Shown here piece by piece: positions 34,593 to 42,141 of a stretch of DNA of 64,000 nucleotides (the stretch's first letter is position 1; each line of letters begins with the position of its first letter). The translations under genes and the position numbers were made by a program. Origin of the DNA: a virus; IMG/VR virus record IMGVR_UViG_3300045988_051021; one strand, 5' to 3'. The notes under the pieces were generated by a model that did no database searches, was not told the origin of the DNA, and saw nothing but the letters and a program-made list of their open reading frames with translations.

Positions 34593-35135
34593 ATGAAGAA
34601 TTTTCCTTTATTAGACGAGAATGGTAAGGAATGGTGGATTAGCCGTTCTATTGCTGTAACAGGGTGTATATTTACATTCCTAAATGGTAAGTGGTGTGTA
34701 TTAGCCAATAAGAGAGGTGAAGGCACTCCCGACTTCCAGGGAATGTGGAATATGCCATGTGGTTACTTAGACTTTGATGAAACTACAGCACAAGCTGTAA
34801 TCAGAGAAGTCTATGAAGAGACTGGTATTAAAGTGAACCCAGACCACTTGCACTTCTGGAAGTTTAATGATTCCCCAACTCAGAATAGACAGAATGTGTC
34901 ATTTAGATACTATGCTCTAGTTGACGCACAGCCAGGTAATATCAGTGTAGGCACTGGTAATGACAGGGGAGGTGAAGAGGATGAAGTGGAAGCTATAGGA
35001 TGGATTCCAGTAGACTCTATTGATAAATATCAGTGGGCATTTGGTCACGATGAAATCATTAAGGAGTTTACTGAGTGGATGCACCTAGAAGATGGAGATT
35101 TGGATATGCAAGACATAGACTTAGACCCAGTATGA
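34593..35135 (+). CDS. Nudix hydrolase
   Basis: Canonical Nudix box GYLDFDETTAQAVIREVYEETGI (34761-34829); the ATG at 34593 directly follows the upstream stop. Confidence 0.9.
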   Translation: MKNFPLLDENGKEWWISRSIAVTGCIFTFLNGKWCVLANKRGEGTPDFQGMWNMPCGYLDFDETTAQAVIREVYEETGIKVNPDHLHFWKFNDSPTQNRQNVSFRYYALVDAQPGNISVGTGNDRGGEEDEVEAIGWIPVDSIDKYQWAFGHDEIIKEFTEWMHLEDGDLDMQDIDLDPV

Positions 35136-35248
35136 CATACTTTATAAGTGGACATAGAGACTTAACATGGGGTTTGAGTGATGCGGATGTTGAACAAGCA
35201 ATACATATTCTAAATGATGCCAATACAGCCACTAAGGCACATCTATAA
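35132..35248 (+). CDS. possible 38-aa ORF
   Basis: ATGA overlap with the Nudix stop; MTYFISGHRDLTWGLSDADVEQAIHILNDANTATKAHL; see findings. Confidence 0.25.
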   Translation: MTYFISGHRDLTWGLSDADVEQAIHILNDANTATKAHL

Positions 35249-35399
35249 TGACCCTTCGTTAGATAGAGAACTTCTATTGAGGAAGCTAGCATCTCTTAGA
35301 CTAAAGAGTATGATTAGTATTGAAGAATATGAGTATTTAAGACATTTAATAAGAAAGGAGAACGAGAATGCTCAGAGAGCAAATGGATGCACTTATTAA
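35214..35399 (+). CDS. possible 61-aa ORF
   Basis: Helical-looking sequence (DRELLLRKLASLRLKSMISIEEYEYLRHLIRKENE); different frame from 35132 and overlaps the next gene by 32 nt. Confidence 0.3.
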   Translation: MMPIQPLRHIYNDPSLDRELLLRKLASLRLKSMISIEEYEYLRHLIRKENENAQRANGCTY

Positions 35400-35853
35400 G
35401 CAGTCTATGCTTGATAAGAATGTAAAGAGGACAGAGGTGTTAAGAGCTATTAAGAATGAGTTCTTAGTGTATCAAACTGCTAAAGGTGCTAAGCCTTTAG
35501 ATGATGCAGCCGAGTTTACTATTCTTCGTAAGATGGTAAAGCAAAGATTGGATAGTAGAGACCAATATCTGGAAGGTGGAAGGAAAGACCTAGCTGATAA
35601 TGAATCTAAAGAGATTCTAGTGCTTGAGTCTTTCCTTCCTCGACAAGCCACGGTTGAGGATGTCAATAAAGCAGTCGCAGAAATATGTAAGGAGAGAGGC
35701 TGGTATATTCCAGAGGAAGACTACGGAGAAGGCGCAATCTCCCCACAAATCCCGAAAAAGTCTATGGGAGAGGTTATTAAATTGGTCAAGACACAGCTTA
35801 ATAATGTAGATGGTAAATTACTGGCAGACACTGTTAAAACATATCTAGTATGA
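35368..35853 (+). CDS. GatB/YqeY-domain protein
   Basis: LREQMDALIKQSMLDKN..EVLRAIKNEF...ILRKMVKQRLDSRDQYLEGGRKDLADNESKEILVLESFLP is collinear with the YqeY family pattern. Confidence 0.8.
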   Translation: MLREQMDALIKQSMLDKNVKRTEVLRAIKNEFLVYQTAKGAKPLDDAAEFTILRKMVKQRLDSRDQYLEGGRKDLADNESKEILVLESFLPRQATVEDVNKAVAEICKERGWYIPEEDYGEGAISPQIPKKSMGEVIKLVKTQLNNVDGKLLADTVKTYLV

Positions 35854-36290
35854 AAGCGTATATAGGAAACGTAGACTGGGCAGACGAAGGAGATGTATTC
35901 TTCTTTAGCGTAGAAAGTGAAGAGAATCTAAAAGCAATGAAGGACTTAATAGATATTCTCGTAGAGCTTGATTTATTCTACTCAACAGAGATGTATTGGG
36001 GAACCAATGAATACTTTGACTTCGGGGCAGATGACTTCCTGGAATTTATTAATGAAGCTAAGGATATATCTGAAGAAGAATTAGCTACACTTAATAAATT
36101 CAAAATATCTGGGTTTGACATTTTTGAAAGAATGTCAGATAAACTACATGACCTAATTTGGGACTTGGATTATGATATTTCGCAGGAAGATTTAGATAGA
36201 ATCAAACCTCTCTATATTAAGCTGTATGACCAGAAGAGTTGGGAGGATATTCAAAAATGGTTTGACAATAAGAGGGAACATGACGATTAA
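35850..36290 (+). CDS. hypothetical acidic protein
   Basis: 146-aa ORF, ATGA coupling, Asp/Glu-rich. Confidence 0.6.
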   Translation: MKAYIGNVDWADEGDVFFFSVESEENLKAMKDLIDILVELDLFYSTEMYWGTNEYFDFGADDFLEFINEAKDISEEELATLNKFKISGFDIFERMSDKLHDLIWDLDYDISQEDLDRIKPLYIKLYDQKSWEDIQKWFDNKREHDD

Positions 36291-36528
36291 AGAAATTGTA
36301 ACCTTAAAGGGTCTAGCTAGGTTTAGTCATGCTATAGCAGGAACTCTATACTACAAAATTGAAACAGATGATGCAACTGTAGAGTTTCCTATTGACATGA
36401 ACGATAAGGATGATGTGGGTACAACCACATTTGTAGCTTCCTATAAACCCATTACATTGATGAGGTACATAAGAAAGGCTATAGAGAATGGAACCTTAAT
36501 TAAGGTTGATAAATCTAAGTTGAAATAA
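36280..36528 (+). CDS. hypothetical protein
   Basis: The ATG at 36280 overlaps the upstream stop; 82 aa; last gene before the 137-nt AT-rich gap. Confidence 0.5.
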   Translation: MTIKEIVTLKGLARFSHAIAGTLYYKIETDDATVEFPIDMNDKDDVGTTTFVASYKPITLMRYIRKAIENGTLIKVDKSKLK

Positions 36529-36594
36529 TTGTGCTATATAATAATTAACTAATATATCTAACTCTACTCGAATTTCATAAAATTCATAGTTTAA

Positions 36595-36628
36595 TTTGGT
36601 AATACTGCTTATAATGCCTATATTTGTA
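36595..36628 (+). promoter_or_regulatory. Bacteroides-type promoter of the virion-protein block (TTTG -33 / TATATTTG -7)
   Basis: TTTG 36595-36598, 20-nt spacer, TATATTTGTA 36619-36628; 38 nt upstream of the ATG at 36666. Confidence 0.6.
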
Positions 36629-36665
36629 GAAATTAAGTGGTTAAACTGTTTAAACGTATTAATTT

Positions 36666-36980
36666 ATGAAAATCGAAGAGAAATTTAGAAAATTCCAACA
36701 AGGTGGTGCTGCACCTCAGCCAGGAGCTGAACAAGCAGGAGGAGCACCAGCTGAGGGAGCACCGGCAGAAGGTGGTGCACCTGCTGAGGGTGGACAAGAC
36801 CCAATGGCACAGATTTTACAAGTAGCTGCTCAGGCAGTTCAGACACAGAATTGTGAAGCTGCGATGGCTGTGTGTCAAGCCCTAATGCAAATCGCTCAAG
36901 GTGGTGCTGCTCAGGAACAAGCTCCTCAAGAGGAACCAACTTTTGCAAGGAAAGGTGCTAGACTAGTAAGAGTAAGATAA
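36666..36980 (+). CDS. small low-complexity Ala/Gly/Gln/Pro-rich protein (probable virion or cargo component)
   Basis: 104 aa; three degenerate 15-nt repeats encode APAEG (36744-36791); locally GC-richer than its surroundings; own promoter and terminator; N-terminal ...KFQQGG motif. Confidence 0.7.
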   Translation: MKIEEKFRKFQQGGAAPQPGAEQAGGAPAEGAPAEGGAPAEGGQDPMAQILQVAAQAVQTQNCEAAMAVCQALMQIAQGGAAQEQAPQEEPTFARKGARLVRVR

Positions 36981-36999
36981 TTAGTCAACAAGGTAAGAA

Positions 37000-37030
37000 G
37001 GGGCGTATATTAATTATATGCTCCTTTTTT
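37000..37030 (+). terminator. rho-independent terminator/attenuator
   Basis: GGGGCGTATA (37000-37009) pairs with TATATGCTCC (37015-37024): 10 bp including 2 G-U; 5-nt loop; T6 (37025-37030); only 14 nt before the next ATG. Confidence 0.65.
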
Positions 37031-37044
37031 ATTATACATAGTAT

Positions 37045-40000
37045 ATGTCACAAGTAATAAGGAAATATAACTCTGGAGGTCAAACTGATAAGCCTAAGCT
37101 TCTAAGTGTGAAGGGCTTGGGGGATTTCAATCAGGATGATTTAATAAAAAGAGGATACAGAGATGTAGATGAATATGCTTCATCTGAAGGGTTGGGAAAT
37201 ACTGCCGCAGCTGATTTTAGAAACGCTGTACAATATATGCTTGAGGGGATTAGTAATGGCACTATGACTATGGATGCTATGGGTAACTTTCAAGATGCAA
37301 CGGGTCAAAAGTCAAGTACAGGTGAGCTAGATAGAAAGAAGTTTCTAGGAATAAAGACAGGGGTTAAGAATACTGAGAACAATGCTTACGGTCTAGCTGC
37401 TGATTACCTATATAACATCATTAAAGGTTCCCCTCAGTATAAACAACCAGAAGTAAAGAAGGAAAGATTTAACGCTAATAAACTCATGGAAGATGCCATT
37501 TCAAGAGAATGGTATGGAGGTAACGCCATAGATTATAATAATTGGTTCCGTAATAGAACAGAACAAGACCGCAACGCTCTAATGGGTAGAATTTGGGATA
37601 GTGCTGATTATAACCAAATATTTCAATCCCATGACTGGTCTGGAACTAATATAAGGAGTGCAGAAGATTTAGCTGCTCTTGGTAGAGCATATGGTGCGGC
37701 TATTACTAATAACAAACTAGACAATGACGATTATAATACCTTTGCTGCGTTAGGCGGTACTGGTTTAGACAAATTCATAAGACCTACTCAACAAGCAACT
37801 ACCCCACAATCATCTACAGTTGAAGGACAGCAAGGTAAAGTTGATACAAGCTGGACTAACTCAGAATATGATAGGACAGTTGATGATAAAGGTAAATATC
37901 ACATATACAAGAAAGGAACCAATGAAGAGGTAAGTGGAATACTTCCTGGTAATGTATTCAAAGGTGTTGGAAATAGATATGCTTTTGATGGTAATATCTA
38001 CGACGATTCCAACCTACCAGAGCAATATAGACAGGATATTACTAGAGCAAGACAAGCCCAACTCGGTGAATATACAAGTCTTACAGATAATAATCCCTTT
38101 ACTAAGATGCTAAAGGGTCAGGGTTATAATTATATCACTAATTTATCTCAGTTTGCGTCTGGTGTAGGTAATAATGTCTTATACGGAGCATATTCCAATC
38201 CTTCTGACGTGAATGGTAAGATGGGTTTCTACCTAAAGAATCCTACTACTGGTAAGACAACTAGAGGTTCAGTGGAACTTAACAAATCACTAGGTGAATA
38301 CCAATTTATCGGAGAGGATGGTAATGTTATAAATCTAGGAGCATATAACCCTAACGGAGCAAGAGAAAGACAGGGAGTTAAGTTCGTAGACTATACTGAT
38401 ACTTCTAAGGCTAATTGGGAGAATCTATTCAATACATGGATGCAGGACCCAGACTTGTCGAATCCAGCTAGTGAGGCATACCGAATGGTGCAAAACACTT
38501 TGAGTAAGTGGATTGACTCAAAACAATCCCCATTTGTAAAATATGGTAAGGATTATAAATGGGCTGTTGGGGACAATGACATGAATGTTGCAAGAAACAA
38601 CGATGGTACACTATCATGGTATTTCAATAATAAAGTTGAAAGTGAGGATGAATCTAGCAATGAGCTACGGAGGCTGTTAAGTATCCCAACCGCTGAGAGA
38701 AGTAGAGAAATAAATGACAGAATATTAAAGTTACAAGGATACAAAAAAGGTGGTGTAATAAGTGCCCAACTAGGTACTAAGTTTATAGAAGACACTACCC
38801 CACTAAAAGTAAGTGCAGTACAACCTGATGCTGAACAGATTGAAAGGAATACTAAAGCTAGACAATCATTTACTGGTAGGTCCAATGTATCACTAGGTAA
38901 CAATAAGGATATAACTGATGCAGGTGGTGTTATAAAAACATCCGATAAAGTTAGGCTTGGTGCGGCTATGGCAGACCTAGCTAGTATTGGTTTAGGATTC
39001 GTTCCTGGAGCTAATTTAGCCTCTGCAGGAGTGGGAGTTGGTGCTTCTCTCGCCGAGTTTGGGGCTGATTTAGCTAGTGATGGACCTCAATGGGGTGACC
39101 TTGGTAGACTTGGAGTGAATTTAGGAATGGATGCCCTATCCTTGATTCCTGTTGGGAAGACATTAAAGGCTACTAAAGCTTTAGGTAAAATAAAGAAGTC
39201 AATTCCAGTACTTATGACTCTTATTAATACTACTCCTTATCTTGACCCAGCAATAAGGTCAGAGTATAGTAAGACACTATCAAAGCTTACTAAAGGCGAT
39301 ATAAAGAGCCTGAATACTGGAGACTTTAAGAACCTCTCTGCTATTGCTAGTACTGTATTAATGGGTAAGAATTTAGCCCAATCTCACAGAGGTTGGTGGA
39401 ACTCTTCAACTACTCCTTCGGGTAAAAGACGGGTTACAGCTATGATTGATGGTAAGCAACAAACACTAGAGGTAGACGATGCGTTCTTCCAGAATACTAA
39501 AGGTAAGAATCAGGTAGCAGAACTTAAGACTAAGTTTGCTGAACAATATAACAAAGCTAATAAACTTGAGGGAGATAAGGCTATAAAGCCCGAAAGTGTG
39601 TCCGTAGACACTAAATACTTTGGAAGAAGGCCTCAGTCTGAAGAGGTTGAGGGAACAAAAACTGATGGTAATTGGTTCTCTAACAGCTTAATTGGTAAGC
39701 ACATAGCTGGTTATAGAGACCCGTCTGTAGTAAGAGGTAGTGAGAATATTCCATTCTCCGATGCTTGGTTCTTAAAGAAGGGTTCAACTAAGCCAAAGTC
39801 TGTGGTTCAGTCTAAATCAATAAATGAAACTGCCGATGCAGTATCTTCTATGATAGGAGCACTTCATACAGCATCAAAATTTAGGCAAGCCCCATTAGCT
39901 CTACCAGCTCCTGGACAAGTAACTCCATCTAATAGAGTATTCTATATGGGTTCAGGTAAACCTAAGGCTCCCAAAGATGTAACTAATCCATCTAATCTTA

Positions 40001-42141
40001 AAAAGCCAGGAAGCTATACTGATAGGGCTGTTCCAGTAGGGGGTACTCCAGTACAATCTCCTAATGCTAATGCAGTTAGAACAGTTAATGTTATCAACTC
40101 TATATTAGAGCCATTTGTTCCTAAATCTAAGAACTTACCTGCTGTTATTCCTGCATCAAGAAATGCTCAAAAGGTAGTAGCTTCTCAAACTATACAGCCT
40201 AGTCAAAGATTGGACCAGTTCATTGAGGGACAAATCCCAGGCGGAAGACAATTTGGTAGACAGAGAGCTAAGACTGAGAAGGAATATAGGGATGTATTCC
40301 ATCCTGCAGCTGAACGAGAGTATAATCAAGTTTGGGATGAGGCTATTAAAAACAGAAAGGACTTTGGGTATGAAGAAGTATCTCCTAAGAGAAGTCCATA
40401 TACCCCACCAACCCCTACTGAAGTATATGTAGAACCTAAAGGAGCTATAAAAGACCCTAATGCAAGGTATCTATGGGAACTTATCAATAAGAAGTCTAGT
40501 ACTTCACATATTAAGAGAGATAACCTACCCCACAAAGGCAAATCAAAAAAGAAGAAAACTTCAAAGGATGATAGGGTTACTAAGAAGGCTGAAGGAGGAT
40601 TAATACAATTCTTACAAGGTGGTAACACTGTAGGTAGAATTAAAGCTAAAGATATGTCTAGTTGGAATAGGTCTAAAGCTCTATCTGGGTATGACTTTGG
40701 GGCAGATGCTGATAGATGGAAATCTCAGTACACAGGCTCAGACGATTGGAGGCAAGCTTATGCAGCAGCATTTAATGGTGGCGAAGATATTTATGACCAA
40801 CTAACATCTATGACTGGTAATTATTTCGGAGGCAACTATAATTACTCAGTGCAAGACCCATTAGCTAAACACAGACAGGTTACTTTTAGGGGTACTAATC
40901 AAGGTTTTGATGATTTAATCAGAAAGGGTATCGTAGGTTATGGTACTACAGAAGGTAATTCTGGGTTTGATGTGTATGCTGGAGATAGAACTGGCAATAG
41001 AACTCTTGGAAGGGGTATGTCAGCTGAGGATGTTTCCCGCTTTAATGAACAGTTAAGGACAAGAGGTTTAGAGCTTTATGACAAAGGTGATGGTGGATAC
41101 AGACTAAGGTTACTTCAAGACCCTACTAATGAGCTTGGGGAAGTTGTAGTTACAGCTCCTAGAGTTTCAAATACATCTAACCCATCTAGCATTAAACGTA
41201 CACCAGGTAATACCAAAAAGGGTCTAAAACTTAATGTAGCACCGGAGGAAGTGTTAGCTTTAGGTAGAATGGTAGGAGGTTTAGCCGCGAATAATAGAGC
41301 TGCTAGAATCTATAAAGAAGGGTTAAAGCCTACTCTATTAGACACATTTGAGAATACTGTTCCACTGCAAGGCAATTTCCAAGCAGTGACTAATGCTGAA
41401 CAACAAGCAGGCAATTTAGAATCTGTGGCTGCAAGACCTAGAACTTCTGATGCTTCATTGCAATTAGCTGGAGAATTAGAGGCTAGTGGTAGAGCAGGTC
41501 AGGCTAGATTCCAAGGTGGTCTACAAGATGCAGAAATGTTCTATAAGACTAGGATGTTAGGGCAGCAAGAATCCGATGCAGCTAAAGCAAGAAGGGTAGA
41601 AGTTGCCAATAGAAATAGGGCTTCAATGAATGCTATAGATGCAGCTAAAAAGCAAATTGATGCTGGAAGAGTAACTGCAAACTATCAGCAGGTTATTGCT
41701 CCTTACCTAGCTGGCGTAGAGAATAGATTTAGACAAACTAAAGCTATGAGAGACCAACTAGCATTAGAATCTTATTTGAATGAAGCTAATTCAAATTATA
41801 ATACTAGTGCCGCTAAGATTATGGAAGACTATAAAGACGACCCAATAGGTGCTCAGAGAGAACTATCTAAGCTACAGAAAGGATTACAGTCTGATATGTT
41901 AAAGAAGAGAAGTTCACTAATAAGTACCCCTTGGTTAGTTCAGTTTAGTGGAAAAGGTTCTAAATTATCCTATGCTGAGAGGGCTATGCTTCAAAGAGCT
42001 AAGGACTTTAATAAAAGATTATCTGATGATAATAAACAGTTTCACAAAGATGTAATGGAATCTAAGAGGGAACATAATAAGATGATAACAAATATGTCAG
42101 CCCTCACTGCTGCACTTATAAAGAAAGGAATGCAACTATGA
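37045..42141 (+). CDS. giant virion-associated/ejected protein (1698 aa)
   Basis: Uninterrupted 5.1-kb ORF; Gly/Ala-rich hydrophobic segment (AAMADLASIGLGFVPGANLASAGVGVGASLAEFG); C-terminal coiled-coil-like region; N-terminal ..KYNSGG motif; no enzymatic motif recognised. Confidence 0.8.
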   Translation: MSQVIRKYNSGGQTDKPKLLSVKGLGDFNQDDLIKRGYRDVDEYASSEGLGNTAAADFRNAVQYMLEGISNGTMTMDAMGNFQDATGQKSSTGELDRKKFLGIKTGVKNTENNAYGLAADYLYNIIKGSPQYKQPEVKKERFNANKLMEDAISREWYGGNAIDYNNWFRNRTEQDRNALMGRIWDSADYNQIFQSHDWSGTNIRSAEDLAALGRAYGAAITNNKLDNDDYNTFAALGGTGLDKFIRPTQQATTPQSSTVEGQQGKVDTSWTNSEYDRTVDDKGKYHIYKKGTNEEVSGILPGNVFKGVGNRYAFDGNIYDDSNLPEQYRQDITRARQAQLGEYTSLTDNNPFTKMLKGQGYNYITNLSQFASGVGNNVLYGAYSNPSDVNGKMGFYLKNPTTGKTTRGSVELNKSLGEYQFIGEDGNVINLGAYNPNGARERQGVKFVDYTDTSKANWENLFNTWMQDPDLSNPASEAYRMVQNTLSKWIDSKQSPFVKYGKDYKWAVGDNDMNVARNNDGTLSWYFNNKVESEDESSNELRRLLSIPTAERSREINDRILKLQGYKKGGVISAQLGTKFIEDTTPLKVSAVQPDAEQIERNTKARQSFTGRSNVSLGNNKDITDAGGVIKTSDKVRLGAAMADLASIGLGFVPGANLASAGVGVGASLAEFGADLASDGPQWGDLGRLGVNLGMDALSLIPVGKTLKATKALGKIKKSIPVLMTLINTTPYLDPAIRSEYSKTLSKLTKGDIKSLNTGDFKNLSAIASTVLMGKNLAQSHRGWWNSSTTPSGKRRVTAMIDGKQQTLEVDDAFFQNTKGKNQVAELKTKFAEQYNKANKLEGDKAIKPESVSVDTKYFGRRPQSEEVEGTKTDGNWFSNSLIGKHIAGYRDPSVVRGSENIPFSDAWFLKKGSTKPKSVVQSKSINETADAVSSMIGALHTASKFRQAPLALPAPGQVTPSNRVFYMGSGKPKAPKDVTNPSNLKKPGSYTDRAVPVGGTPVQSPNANAVRTVNVINSILEPFVPKSKNLPAVIPASRNAQKVVASQTIQPSQRLDQFIEGQIPGGRQFGRQRAKTEKEYRDVFHPAAEREYNQVWDEAIKNRKDFGYEEVSPKRSPYTPPTPTEVYVEPKGAIKDPNARYLWELINKKSSTSHIKRDNLPHKGKSKKKKTSKDDRVTKKAEGGLIQFLQGGNTVGRIKAKDMSSWNRSKALSGYDFGADADRWKSQYTGSDDWRQAYAAAFNGGEDIYDQLTSMTGNYFGGNYNYSVQDPLAKHRQVTFRGTNQGFDDLIRKGIVGYGTTEGNSGFDVYAGDRTGNRTLGRGMSAEDVSRFNEQLRTRGLELYDKGDGGYRLRLLQDPTNELGEVVVTAPRVSNTSNPSSIKRTPGNTKKGLKLNVAPEEVLALGRMVGGLAANNRAARIYKEGLKPTLLDTFENTVPLQGNFQAVTNAEQQAGNLESVAARPRTSDASLQLAGELEASGRAGQARFQGGLQDAEMFYKTRMLGQQESDAAKARRVEVANRNRASMNAIDAAKKQIDAGRVTANYQQVIAPYLAGVENRFRQTKAMRDQLALESYLNEANSNYNTSAAKIMEDYKDDPIGAQRELSKLQKGLQSDMLKKRSSLISTPWLVQFSGKGSKLSYAERAMLQRAKDFNKRLSDDNKQFHKDVMESKREHNKMITNMSALTAALIKKGMQL

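Noticed and set aside
36685-36948. 87-aa minus-strand ORF opposite the 104-aa low-complexity gene
   Set aside because: It is a by-product of the GC-rich GCN/GGN/CAG codon repeats on the + strand, which leave the reverse frame without stop codons. The promoter and terminator orientation supports the + strand gene.
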